Shown one piece after another: positions 24,792 through 38,208 of a stretch of 64,000 nucleotides of DNA. The stretch lies in contig QPMI01000198.1 of NCBI GenBank assembly GCA_004431415.1, positions 82,740 to 146,739 on the forward strand, read 5' to 3'. The notes below the pieces were generated by a model. The model had not been told where the DNA came from. It saw only the letters and a program-made list of their open reading frames with translations, and did not search any database. Positions within the stretch are counted from its first letter, which is position 1, and the number at the start of each line of letters is the position of its first letter. The DNA is from Cyanophora paradoxa CCMP329 (Eukaryota > Plantae > Glaucophyta). Both the position numbers and the translations under genes were made by a program.

Positions 24792-27700
24792 CTAGTTCGC
24801 GCCGGCGCCCTCGCCGCCGGAGTAGACGGGGCCGGCAGGAGCCGACGAGTAGACGGGCTGCGGCGCCGCCGGCTGCTGCAGCGGGACGCGCTCGTAGCCG
24901 CCGTACGCCTCGACGTCCTTGGCCTTGCTGCTCTTGCGCTTCTGCCACCAGGTCTTGGCGAACCAGCCGCACACGCAGCCGCAGAAGGTCATGAGCGGGA
25001 TGCCAAGGCAGGCCAGGATGATCACGCCGTTGCGGTCGAGCATCGGGGTCTTGGACGGCGCGTCGGAGACGACCGAGACCGACTCGACGGTGAGCTTGGT
25101 ACGGGCGGCGACGTTGGTCCACTGGTCCATCGCACGGCTGCGGACGTCGTTGCCGACCTCGCCGAGCTCGCGGGCACCATTCTCGCGCGTCTCCTTGACC
25201 TCGATCTGTAGGACGACAGAGCCAGTGCTTTGGGAGAGGCGGCGGCGAGCGCCAGCGCCAGGCTGCTCGGACACGATGCGGAGACGGTCGGCGCGGACGG
25301 ACTGGCCAGTTTTGGTCAGGTCCTGCGACAGGCCAAGGATGAGGTTGTTGCGGTCCTCCGGAGACCACTGAGAGATGGTCTTGCCGCGAAGCGTCATGCC
25401 GAAGACCAGCGAGGTCGGCGAGACCTGGTCAGTGACAGCTGCACAACACAATGAGAATGCATGTTAAAAAATACAGCAACCAGGAATGGAACGGACCTTC
25501 GACCACGCTAAAGAGCTCACTCTTGACGAAGCCAGAAAATTCAGTCGGAGCACCAGAGCGAGATACAGCCTGGATGATAGAGTACTTGATGAAGTACACG
25601 CCAGCCGGCACAAATGGCGGGACGACGATGTTCGTGGAGCCCAGTCCGGAGCAGGGGCCGGTGCCGTCCTCCAAGTTGCAGCGGACGAGCGGGTTGGGGT
25701 GCACGAAGCCCAGAAGGCTGCGACGTGTGGTGTTGCGGGTGCCCGTCGAGTTCGTGGTGGTGCTCGGAGTAGTGGCTGAGCCGCCCGTCGAGTTCGTAGT
25801 CGTGCTTGGAGTAGTAGTCGAGCTTCCTGTCGTGTTCGTGCTCGGAGTCGTGGTCGATGTCGAGCCGCCGGCGGGCGCCGGGGACGGAGTCGGCGTAGCC
25901 ACGTTCGACGCGCCAACAGCAGCAACGCTCCGCAGCAGAGGCACGCAGGGAACGTTCGGCGTAGTAGCGCCACCGGTGAGATCAGTTCCCACCCCACCAG
26001 TCGTCGCACCACCAGCCATCGAGGTCGTCCACGTGTTGAACGGCCCGGCGCAGAGCTCGAGGCGCACAGTGGTCGTATCCAGATCAATGCCGCCAGTGAA
26101 CATCCAGGTTACGTTGTAGACGGTGCCCTTTGTCAGGATCGAGCCAGACGATGGGAAGACGGGTCCCAGTCCAGTCGGAACAATCGTATAGAACGGCGAG
26201 ATGTACAGGAGCTCGCGGTTGTTTGGCGCGGCTTGCGTGACAATTGCCAGGTGGACATCACCGCTGCCGGCGACGGTCCACTTGTAGCTGCCAGTGTCCG
26301 GAATGCTACGCTTCAAAATGTTGCTCGGAACGAACACCGTCGTGTCTGTCGCCTTGGGAAGAACACCGTCCTTGGGAGCGGGCACCTTATAAAGATCAAC
26401 TCGGCCCGTGCGGCGCGCATTTGTTGAAGGTGTCCAGGTGATCGTGAGCACACCGCCAAGGTTGAGGGTCTGATCCGCGGGAATGTTCGAAGGCAAGCCC
26501 ACGCGGAACGGTGAGGAAACGACAGCATTGGTGTTGTCGCCTCCGATGGCAAGAACACGAATTTGGAAGCGAGGATCGTCCGCTCGTCCACCTACACCAG
26601 CCGGACTCGCAACAGTCCAGCCAGAAGGAAGGTCCCAGCCACTGTCGCGAACAACGTTCCACATGTAGATATTTGAGCCGGAGGTGCAATCGACTTCAGC
26701 AATCCTTTGCGAAATTTGTATTTGTCAGCCATATCAGATGCTGTTTTCGAGAAAAAACGAACCGGTTTGCGAACACGAAGGTCGTCAGTGATGACTTCAG
26801 CTCGTAAAGCTGGATTGAAACACGAGTGCCACAGGCGCAGTTCCAGGTAATGTTCGTCATCATGTTGTACTGCACCCCGGGAACGGGATCCAGGTATTGG
26901 ATGCCGACGGCAACGGTGTCAATGGGAGCTGGGCGTGTGTAAGAATGGGCAAGGAGAAGAGGAACATCGTTACGCACTCGGATTGACGGTAACCCCAGAA
27001 ACTGCTCCGAAAACAAGCGAGTCTGCTGATTGGCGGACAAGAAGATTGAACTTCGCGCCGGGAGGTATCGGAATTCCTGAGGGAACGCTGACGGAGACTG
27101 TAGTCGTCGTTCCAGAAGTCGTGCCTGGTGCCGCCGTTGCGAACAAACCGACGGGCTGCGAAAATGTGAGAAAAGCAGATCACTCTAATCGCAGACCACC
27201 CTAATCGCGAACCGCAAGGGATGTGTCAAAGCGATAGCCGGTACCCGCAGTGTTATTTGCGAGACTCGCACTCAGGAAGCCAACGACGTCGTAAGAATTC
27301 GTCCAGGCACCAAGCGTTGGGATGAAGCCCTGTCCGCTGTATTGCATGCCCTTGGAAGACGGCGCAGTCGAAGTGAACGTCAGCGTGGCAGGGCAACCCT
27401 TGGTGATGACGTTGGCGGAGCCAATCGTGATATCGCGAAGAGCGTTGTTCGCATCAACGAGAGGCTTGGCCATGAGAATAAACGCGTCGGGAATTGCCGA
27501 GTAATAGCGAGGCACTGTGCGGTAGGTGCTGGCATCATAAGGTACGGAAGTGCGCGTGTTCATCGCGCCAGCGAAAGTAGAGTTTGCCAGAGCATCAACG
27601 TTGTCACGTGCCCAACGTGTACTGAAGGAGCCAAGGTTGCCCAGCGTAGAATACGTTCGTTCGTACGACTGACGTGCAGTCGGGCTGTCTCCGAAGGTGG

Positions 27701-30700
27701 ACATAACTGCCGCTGCGGAGCCCCACCACAACTTGTTCACAACTTGCTCGGAATGCACAGTCCTGCGTGTTGCGCGTCTCAAAAAAAAGGCGACACGCAA
27801 GAGCTCCGAAGGGAAAGGTGCAAATACCTCGCAACAGGCGAGAACCCTGGGGGGGGAGCAAGCCAGTACCAGCCAGAAGTGCTCGACGTATCAGTAACGG
27901 TCGCACTTGGGTCGAAAGTGGACGGGAAGACCCCGAAGCCGGAGGACGAAGTCGTCACCGCTAATAGAGCACTGTTGGAGCCCTGCTCGGTCGTATCCGC
28001 TTGAGGGAAATCGCCGCCAAGATCCATGTACAAAAACGTTCCGTCCGTGGCGTACGCATTGGTGAGGAGCAGCTGGATAATTCCACCCTTCGGGAGGGTC
28101 GCGCCGGCAGGCAGAGCAGCGACGGCAATGTCTCCAGTTGGGCATCCGGTGATAGCAGCAGGGAAGTAAATCGTAGTATCGAGTTTCAGGTCGTCCGCGA
28201 TCTTCAAGGAACGCTGCACCAAGAAATCTCGGTTGCGCACGCGGTGGAGCTGTCGCGATTGCTAAGAACGATGTCTGGGGAAGGAATAAAATGAAAATGT
28301 CTGTACCGCAGAACTCCCGGCAGAACCCCCGGCGACAGTAATGTACGTGAAGTCGTAACTCGGGCTGAACCAGATGTTCATAATGTGCTGGGAAGCAGTC
28401 CCGTACGGTGTTGAACCAAGACGCGTAATCACGGCCCCATTCACACTGAAGCGCACCACCCGGCCGCGATCTGCTTTAACGATCAGGAATCATTGAGTCG
28501 ATTCGCACACGGAAAAGCGTACTGGTTCCAACGTAAATGAGAGTGCCCTCCGGCGCCCAAGCGGCAGTCGTATGCTCTCCACTGTACATTCCCATGGCGT
28601 TAATAGCCGCAATGGTTGCACCTCCCGCCTTCCACTCGTCCTGCGTGCCAGAAATTCTTGACACTGAAGAGTTCGTCAACGAGATCGGCCCGAATTGCAC
28701 GGTGTGTGTCTGGACATCCAGCGAGATTCCATAACCGGCCGAAGTCCCCGCGTTGTCAAGATCAGCCCACGACGTCGTATCGGACGTGCCCGAGAGCCTT
28801 GCAGAGAAGAAGTATACGTATCCTGCGGACGGGGTTCCAGAGCGACCAGCAACTCCAGCGGTCCACCGAAGAGAGCTGAACACCGAGGCAGACTGGTTCG
28901 GGAGCCCATCGACGTACGCTCCAGTAATGGCAATTGATTCTCTGAGATGCAACGTGTCAACGAAAAAATATTTGCCAGAAAGTTACATAAAAACGCACAA
29001 AAAGTACATGTCAGCGAGGCGAATCTTAGCGATTGCCCCATTCATGCCCACAAATGCGAATTGCTCCGTATCGTCGACGACGAGAGAGAATGCTCCGGTC
29101 CCGCGCAGGTCAACTCGCGCGCCAGGGCAGAAAACATTGTTCGCATCGGAGCCGGTGCTTGCCAATTCAGGGCAATTACTCGGTGAGACTCCAGGTGGCA
29201 GATCAAGCCGGACCGGCTCGTTTGCAGTTGCGCCAGGAATAATGGACGCCTGCGCAGATCAATTAGAAAAATTTGATAACAAACGGAAGGCTTCACAAGC
29301 CTTACCTTCACAAGCCAAGCAGAGTTGCCCTGCCCGATTGACGAAGTCCTCGTCCAAAGAACGAAGATTAGGTTCGAAGCTTTATTAATGTACGATGCAG
29401 AGGCCGCAACATCTCCCGATGGCGCAGCAGGGAAATTCGCCGGACTCCGGACACGACGCAGATTAGTGTTGTCTTGCTTGGTATTGTCAAAACCAGGAAG
29501 ATTGGCGGAGTACTCATTCGGGGCGGTCGTGACCGGAACACGCACGTACTAGCGTAACGTAAGCGAACGCACAAATCCAATTGCGCAGGAAACGCACTGT
29601 CTCATACTGCGAGAGTCGCGAAGCAGTTCCATTTCCACCACGGAAGGTGAACAAGACTTGACCGTTCGGCATCCAAGCCGTAATTGAGGGCACAAAAGAC
29701 GGAGCTGACGCCGTTACTCCTGCGTTAACTCCGTTGCCACCGTTCGGGAGTGCGGTCATTACGTCGGCAGATGCTGCATATGGTGAGGTCAGGCAAAAGT
29801 GAGCGAAAGGCGAGGGAAACTTACAGAGTGCGGTATACTCGAGTTCGAAACCATCCGCAGTCTTGTCATCGCCATTTGATTCGAACTCAATGTACACATA
29901 GGGGCCAGTCGAAACGATTCCACGTGCGTCAGGCAATACACGATCACACGCCCCGCCATTGACGCAGAACCACTCGTACAGCTTTGGAGCTCTGTTGTCG
30001 ATTCCGTCATAAATCTGATCCCAGAACAATTTCAGCACAGGAAAACATAATAAACTCAAGCCAGACGCACTGTTAAGCGATCAGAAGACGATCCAGCGGA
30101 GGATGCCGGTTCATCTGTCGCTGAAGGGAAGGCGAATTTTGTGAAAACAAGCCGAACACGATCGGCCTTGAGGTTGCCCATCTGTCCACTTGCCGGTTTC
30201 AAGAATCGACGCGCGAATGTCGTGCGCGTGTCAAACGCATCCAATGTGTGTGTCCCGTTCCTCGTCTCGTCCAGATTGATGTGGAAGGGTTTTTCGTCGA
30301 AATCGGCAAGCTCGGGGAATCCATCGAAACCACCAGTCGTAGAAGCCGATGGAGTGATCCACCTGAAAACATTAAATGAAGGATGAGACTGAAATATAGG
30401 AGAAGCCGCACCACATGCAAAGCGTGTTTGGATGGTAGTTCCCGGTTCCAGAACCATCGACAATTAAACCGTGCATATTGCGATTCACCGAAGGCGTTGA
30501 TGGGTTTCCAAGGGGATTGAACACGCGCTTCAAGCCGTTGGCAAGGTTATTGGTTTCCAAGGGCTGGCCGGCCGTGTTATACGGCGTCGTTGACGGTGTA
30601 AGGGGGAAATCCCGGCAGCAATGATCTGAGATGAGCGTTGGGAATGCGCACGTTGGGTTCTGGCACTCAAAATTTCGCACTCTGAATGAGCTTAAAGCAC

Positions 30701-33700
30701 GACGAGTATCCGGTGAAAGAGGAGTCTCCAGATGCGAAAATACCAATCTGGACTTGGACATTGCCCTTCGGAAGAAGATAGTTTGTGGTAGCAGCAGTTG
30801 CAGCTGCATCGGTGATGCGGCAACCAAGTTGCCAATCGTAGGAGCCAGACGTGGCGCCGTTGTACTCGGGGTTCGGAACGTTACGAGCAATCAAAAACTG
30901 ACCTCCGCTGCCTTCGTGAGTGACGTAACCGTTCGCCTGTCCACCAACGGCGAAGACATAGATATCAATAAACTTGGGTGCAGCTCCGCGAGCACCAGTC
31001 CCGGACCACGTGATCGTGCAGGGAGCCCCGAATCGGCACGATGTCGCAGTGGCTCCAGTCAAGTCAGTGACGCCGATCCTCGCACGTGTTTGCGCTTGGG
31101 AGGGAGCGATGTTCAACTTGACAGGATTGACCAGTACGGCGTTGGACTTGACTTGCGCGAATGCGGTCGAGTCGATGACATTGTTAGATGCCGTGTAAAG
31201 TTGAAGTTCTGCCTGATACCTGCACATCTGTTACGCTTCGATATCTAGAGAAAGACAAAAATTGTTCGTACCACCCGATAGGGAACGGCTTCTGGTTATT
31301 GTTTCTGACAAAACCCACACCTGATCCTGATTGGGTAGTTCCAGTGGCCAGAGCCGCATCTGTAGCCGTTCCGACCGGAGACGAGTCAACAACAGCGTTT
31401 GGCGACGTTCCAGCACGCATGGCGTTGTTTGTGCTCGTAATTCCGGGAATGCTGAAGGTGTAATCAAGCGTAGAAGCGCCATCAATCTTGTTGTAGTTAG
31501 CGGGATCAGTCAGCCGCGCAGCTGTTGTGCCCCGATTGTTCTCGGGCTTCACAGCAATTGGAGTTCTTGCTGTTGCTGAAGCCAAAGCGCCTCCAGTCGA
31601 CAAAATGTCGTCTGCGTGTGGACGCCACGTTCTAGAGCGAAATGAATGAGGAAATTGAACTCACAAAGAGCAAAAGGAAAAGGAAAAAGCAAACACTCAC
31701 ATAGAGGTTCCTGCGCTCGTGCGGCTTACTCCGGCAACGTCACTTGTCTGGATCTTGTTGTTGAGTTCGGCCGGGCCGAGATAATACAACACGATGCGGT
31801 AATACGTTGGATTTCTCGTGTCTGATGATGCACAGGAGCTCAACGACCACGTGAAGGTGACCGAATCTCCATGGACGCCGGTTGCAATCTGAAACATGTC
31901 AAAACAATAAACGAACAACGTCTGTAACAACCTCTCACCCCACATTTCGATGCAGCAATAAATCTGGTGATGTCAGAGTAGTTCCTAGGACTCAACTCCG
32001 CCGGAGAAGTGTCGGGCAGGTCGCCCCACATTCCTTCATCCGTACCCTGATTTCCCAAGTCGTTTCCGTTTGCAAGAGTAGAGTTGTAAGTCGCAGGAAG
32101 GATCGAACGGGGTTCACACACTGCACTGGATTATTTTGGGTGACTTTTGGAATCAAAAAACGGCGCACTGGGGGTGTAAGTTGCTGCGATACACATGGGA
32201 ATGTCGGTCGACATGATGGTAGGCGTTGCCGGGTTCGGGTTGACTTTAGGAGTCCCTGTAGTGATTGCTCCGCGCGCTGCATTTCCGACGGCGGGGGCAA
32301 GGCCAGAACTGGAGTCAAAGGTGGCGGCAACATTCGAAAACCCAAGACGTCTGTTGGAGTCACTGTCTCCCGACGCCTTAGAGTTGAAGTCCGACCATTG
32401 GATGTTCCACATCTCCGCTGCTGAAGACCCCGTAGCAGGCGTGGCGGGGAAGTTGGTAGAGGCGTCCATTAGGCACTCCAGTCGCAGTGTCACGTTCGCA
32501 TAGGTTGTCACTTCCTGTACGCTCGATTTTAACATTTAATTTAAAAGGAAAATTTAGAAGGAAAACTGCAGCGCACATTTCCCGCCTGATTCAACCATCC
32601 GTCGTAAAACCCTTCTGTTTTAGAGTCATATCTGTGAAACTTGCCGAATTGGATCGCGCTGCCGGTATTTTTGAGGTCATTATGTGCGTTATACAGATCC
32701 TCGACGGTCGGGATTGGGATCGATAAAGTTGCTGGCGTCCCAAGAAGGAGACCCGTAATGGAAGTCGATGAAGCGTCAGTTCCAGACTTATTGTCGTCGC
32801 TGTCGGATTTCACTCTGTATATCTCGCCGGCGTGTGTAGTTGTATCCGCATTCCAATTGGTAGTGCCAGTTCGGACGGTCGGATACTTGATGATGCTCTC
32901 AGTGCTACCGCCGACTTTCGTTCTCCAGTGCGCGCGAATTCGGCGGCAAGCAGTTGAAATGGTGACAGCGGGATTAGGACCTACAATACTATTTCCCCCT
33001 TCTGAGTGTCCCTGAAGAAGAGGGTAGATGGCGTTCGACATCCCAACAGTAGCTCCAGTCAGGTTTACAGCAGTATACGGGACCGGGGCGTAGGTGACAG
33101 TGAGAACAAGGGTGTTTTGTCTGTGCAGAATGAGTTCGTATCTCCAAAACAGAATACGGGATAAGCGAGACATTCGCACTCGAGAGGAATGGTGGTGGCA
33201 CTTGTCCCCATTTTCAGTTTCGAGGCAGTGTAGCAAGTATGGGTAACGCCATCATGAACTACAGGCTTTGTTTTTCCAGCATCCGCGGTATGCGATAACG
33301 CCGTAACAGCCCAAGCTGGAAAAAACTATGTCAAAGGCGTCCAAATAAACTTCCTCGAGAAAAACGCACGAGCATAAATGAAGATGTTCGTCTCAATGGT
33401 AAAAAGGACGTCTTTGGTCTGCAGGTCCGTAGAAGTGGACGATACTGTAGTTCCTGCCATGCTCTTGAACACATTCAAACGAATCTGAGAAAAGTGAAAA
33501 GAGGAAGAAGAATAAGGAGAAAAGCGTCAAACCACGTAAGGCCCAGCAAGTGTATGACGAGTTTTGTCGGGGAGAATGATGCCAGGCGGGAGATAGTCGT
33601 TGAATTGATCGCCGTACTGAGCCTTAAACAGAGTAGACGCTTTCGTGGACTCTGTCACGATTGTTGGGGGCACATCCAGGATCTTTGCATCGGATTTGAG

Positions 33701-34276
33701 CATCTTCGTAGTCCACGGCCCGAGCCTGCGTACAGTTTGTCGACACTCCACACCAGGAAAAGATATCGATAAGAACATACTGCCATTCCGACGCAGGCGT
33801 AGTACCAGAGATGTCAAACATAGTTCCACAGTATTCGAAGAGTTCAGCAAGGAACTGCGGTGCTTTAGCGGGCATATTCGGTTCGTCGACGAGACAGTCG
33901 CACCAGATTGCCACGGTAAAGGCTGACTTGATAGCACGAGGCGGTGTTAGCGATTTGATACTCTTTCGATGTGATTGTGATTGTCTGAAGGCTTGGTCAA
34001 CTCATTGCCATCTATACAACCCGCTTTCATGAGCACCTGAGGAGCGAAGACGCGCCAGTGTCCACCGTTGCTGAGCTTCAATGTCGCAGCGTCTTGGCCT
34101 GCGCCGCGTTTGAATATGAGCTGAACGAAACACCGCTCCAAAACCACTCCGCTCCGGGGCTGCATTCGCTCGATTCATGACGCACCATTCCCAAACATAG
34201 CTAGAGACGCAAACAGGACTACAACGAGGGCCGCCCGGCCCGCCACAGCGGCGCCGGCTGCTGTGCGGCCTGCCAT
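24792..34276 (-). CDS. Giant type I membrane/cell-surface glycoprotein (signal peptide, several Ig-like Kre9/KNH-type repeats, CUB domain, beta-propeller-like region, Thr/Ser stalk, one TM, short tail); many exons
   Basis: ATG 34276 MAGRTAAGAAVAGRAALVVVLFASLAMFGNG-QD (signal peptide). Repeated G..(T/C)ITW...(V/I)DLY...G(S/T)Y.W motifs. CUB-like YIEFESNGDDKTADGFELEY. TPSTTTNSTG repeats. TM GVIILACLGIPLMTFCGCVCGWFA, then KRK and a Tyr-rich tail to the stop at 24792. Minus-strand ORFs are contiguous across the interval; a single gene is inferred. Confidence 0.7.
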
Positions 34277-34713
34277 CCGGCCCGACGAGTTCGAAAGTCC
34301 GCCGCGCTCTCCCGCGTCCAGACCAGCTTAGCTACCGCTGCGCTGTGTGCTTGTCTACCGTCGTGCGCTGGGTATTCCGACCTACGTACGCGCTCGATCG
34401 GGCTGGGTTGGCGGGCTGATTAGCTCGCCTTCCCTGCCAACCGTGCAAACACCGTACCAGCCGCAAGCGGTTATTTTGAGCAAGTCCAAAACCGTCGCTA
34501 TTCCTGGGTTTTTTAGTTGGGCCGAACGGGAATCTGGTGTTTTCAGAAGATTTCGGAGCACATTTCGAGACAACGCTAGGCACGCTCGCAGGCGCTAGGC
34601 AAGCTTGCAGGCGCTGTCGCTGCGCGCGCCAGCACTTTCGCTTTTGCGTTCGCGCTTTCGTACATTATGGGCGCGCACTTTCGTACTTTATGGGCGCGCA
34701 CCCGTCTCGAGCG

Positions 34714-37700
34714 CCTCGCGCCCGGCCAGCGCCCCGCGGAGCCGCCCGCCCAGCGCGGGAAGGGCACCGCACGGGCATGCTACTCCTTCTGCAGCGATTG
34801 CAGGCCCCAGCAGCTCTCGCCAGCCGAGAGAAGCGAGCGGTTCGCATGCAGCGAAAGATGCCGAGGCCATGCTCGGCGGAGGCGCGCACCCGTCTCGAGC
34901 GCCTCTTTAGCTCTAGCTAACCCCGCTGGCTGCGCAGAGCTGGCAGCGGCCAGGATCAGGGCGCTGACGGAAGTGCACAACAAGAAGGTCCGGGCGTTGA
35001 TGGGCACGATCCAGCTGTTGGAGAAGCGCATCAAGGATGCAGAGATACAGAACAAGGAGAACAAGCGGTCCAACCTCATCAAGCTACTCGAGGCAAGCGC
35101 GTGTGGGCTCACGGTGTCGTTCGCTTGAACTGATGCACCGGTCCGCACAGCAAGATTTGAAGGACCAGGAGGTCACCATTGCAATCCTGAGACGCGAGCT
35201 CGTCAACAGCGCTCGCCTGAACGATGAGAAGGTGCCCCAGCTGCGCCTGTGCGAATCTTGCGCCCCTGACCCCGCGCGCCGCAGGTGGACGAGCTCGTCG
35301 CGAGGGCGCACGGCTACGCATATGACCGCGTCAGGATTCCGCACCGCGAGCGCCTGCAGAAGGAGGTGACCGCTTGTGCAATCAGGCCCGCCGACCCGCG
35401 TTAGCTGACGTCACGCATACACACAGGTGAAGCAGCTGCAAGCGAAGGCGACGCAGGCGCAGCACGAGGCAATGGAAGCGAAGGCGCGCGTGGCGATTGT
35501 GGCAGCGGAGAAGGCGTCGGTCCCGTCGCCGGACGCGGACACGCGGATCACGTACAGGGAGCACCAGAAGACGGGCGAGCGGGCCTTGCATCGCCCTCTC
35601 TCCGCACCTCTGACGCCTTGTCGGCAGTTGCGCGGATGAAGGACCTGGCGCGGCAAGTGGAGGAGCTGCAGGCGGAGGCGGCGGCGCGGGCGGGGGCGGA
35701 GAAGAAGCTCACGGAGCTGAACACGGAGCTGACCGCCAACCTGCGGCGCCTCCGAGCGTGCGGCCGCCCCTCCCGCCCCGTGCGGCGCTCTCTGACGCGC
35801 GGTGCAGGGCGGAGGAGGAGTGGGCGAAGTGGGCGCAGGAGCGCGAGAAGCTGGAGAGCCGTGTCAACGAGCTGCGCTGGGAGAGCGCCGCCCTCTTCGC
35901 GGAGCGCACGCGGGTGCGCTGGGACGCCAACCCCCCCTTTCTCGCCTGAGACGGGATGTAGGCGGAAGAGGCGGCGCGGGCGGCGCAGCGGGAGGCGGAG
36001 GCGGCGAGACGGGAGGTCGAGACGGCGCTCGCGCGGCAGGCGGAGCTGCAGGCCGCCGCCGCGAAGCAGGCCGCAGCCGCCGCCGCGCCGCAGACGCCCG
36101 CCGCCCCGGCTCCGCAGCCGCCGGCGACGCCGTCTGGGGTGGCCGGTGCCCCCGCGCCCGCAGCAGCAGCCGAGTCGCCGGCCGCGCCCGCCCCCGGCTC
36201 CCGGCCGGCGCCGGCGTCGGGGCGGGCATCGGCCTCCTCCGCGCTGCCCGAGCTGGCGGCGGCCCGCAACGAGGCGGCCGAGCTGCAGTCCAAGGTCCGC
36301 GCGCGGGCGTTCGACACCGCCGCGCAGCCGGGGCCGACAGGCGGCGCGCAGCTGCGGGAGGCGGATTCGCAGCTGGCGGCGCGGGAGACGGCGCTGACGG
36401 CCAAGTGGCAGGAGGCCGTCGCGGCCGCACAGGAGGAGCGCAGCCGCGCCGCCGACGAGCGCGGTGCCCGCCGCGCGCTCCCAGCGAGCCCCCGCCGCTC
36501 ACGCCGCGGCCCCGCGCAGCGCGGCTGGAGGGGAACCTGGATGCGGTGGAGAAGGAGGGCGGCGGCGCTGCGGGCGCAGGTCGCCGAGCTGCGCATCGCC
36601 CTCGCGGCGGCCCAGCGGGAGCGCGACCTCGCCGCCGCCTCTGCCTCGGCCCCGGGCCAGCCGGCGACGGGCCAGTCCGGCGTGCCCGCCGAGGCCCTCG
36701 CCACGGTCCGGCGCTGCCCCTCGCGGCTCTGGACGCTCCCTGACGGCGGCCCGGCCCGGCAGCTGGAGGCGACGGTGGCGCAGCTGCGGAAGCAGCTGGG
36801 CGAGTCGGCGGCGGCGGCGGGGCGGGCGCGGGAGCGCGAGGCGCAGCTCGCGGCCGACGCTGACGCGCTCCGCCAGCAGCTCGCCGCCGCCCAGCAGCAG
36901 CTCCGGTGCCCCGCCGCCCCGCCCCCCCCCTCCCCGCCGCTCCTGACGCCGGCCTGCAGCGCCGCGGCGCCCGAAGCGGCCCCGGCAGTCACGCGGAGCA
37001 TCGCCGAGGCGCGTAGCGTTGCTTCCAGGCGTCTGCCCCGGGGCTAATCTCTCGCTCGTCCCGCAGGTCGACGCGCTGCGGCAGCGGGAGAGGGAGCAGG
37101 CGGCGGCGGAGCAGGAGCTGCGGAAGACGCTCGCGGCGGCGCGCGCCAAGGCGGAGGCGGCGGAGAGGGCATCGGAGGAGGCGCGGGGGCGCGAAGCGGC
37201 GCTGCAGGAGCGCGCTGCCCGCGCCGAGGACCGCGCCGCCGCCCTCGAGCGCCTCCACGGGCCCTCCTCCGCCCAGACCGACGTGCGTTCCCGCGCTCCC
37301 TCGCCGCCTCGCCAGTGTCTCTCGCTTTCTGAGCCCTTGGCGCCAGGGCTCCCAGCGGACGCGGCCGTCCGGCGCGCGGCACTACGACGAGGTGCGCGGT
37401 CGTCCCCGCCGCCGGCGCCGCGCCCTTCGCGCTGACCGGCGGCCCGCTGCAGGAGGAGCGCCCGGGCGGATGGCAGCAGCAGGCGGCCACGCCGGTGCAG
37501 GCCGGCGGCTCCGTGCGGCGCTGCCGCGCATACACCTCGGGCTCCTACGCGGAGGTCGGCCGGGCCGAGCCGAGCCGCCCGTACCAACCCCGCTCACGGG
37601 CCGCCCGCAGGAGGAGCCGCAGAGCGCGCGGCGCGGGCGCGGCGGCGGCTTCGCCTCCTCCGGCGCCCCCTCCCAGCAGCGCGTGCGTGCCCGCCGTTCC

Positions 37701-38007
37701 TGCCGACGCGGCCCCCTCACGCCGACCCATGGCGCCGCAGGAGCGGGCGGGGTACGAGGACGAATCAGGGCCCGGGCCCGGCCTCGTGTACCTCTCCACA
37801 GGCGCCTTCGCCGCCGGGCCGGAGTGCGCGTTCCCTTGCCGCACCCCACGCGTCTCGCCCCTCGCCCCCGGCACTAACGGCCCCCGCAGCTCGGGCCGCG
37901 CGGCGTCGCGCCGCGGGAGCGACAGTGGTGCCGGCCCCCCGGCGCGCCGGGCGCACCCTGCGGGGGAGGGGCTGCGGGCCTCGGACAGCCTGCCGGCACC
38001 GGACAGC
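34714..38007 (+). repeat. Right arm of the inverted segmental duplication (partner 8494-12009)
   Basis: Matches the reverse complement of 8494-12009, with an internal deletion of about 215 bp near 37940. Confidence 0.95.
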
Positions 38008-38208
38008 CCAATGCATTCCCTTCCCAGTTTTGCACTTGCGGTTCCATGTGCTTCAAGCTCATCTATCTGTCCTACCTGTAGTCCAGCAGGGTCCCGGCGT
38101 GCATGGTGGTCAGGGCGATGCCCATGGCCTGCAGGGGGCAGAGGGGGAAGCGGAAGTCGAGGGCGAACTCGTTGCTGCTCGTCTTCCCGAACTGCGAGCG
38201 CGGGATAA
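34869..38208 (+). CDS. Coiled-coil protein, copy 2 (original ATG lost, altered C-terminus; possibly a pseudogene)
   Basis: Homology starts just after the copy-1 ATG. The first in-frame ATG is at 34869 (MLGG|ELAAARIR). Splice sites are mostly retained. The last exon reads past the breakpoint to TAA 38208, overlapping the Tubby 3' end antisense. Confidence 0.55.
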
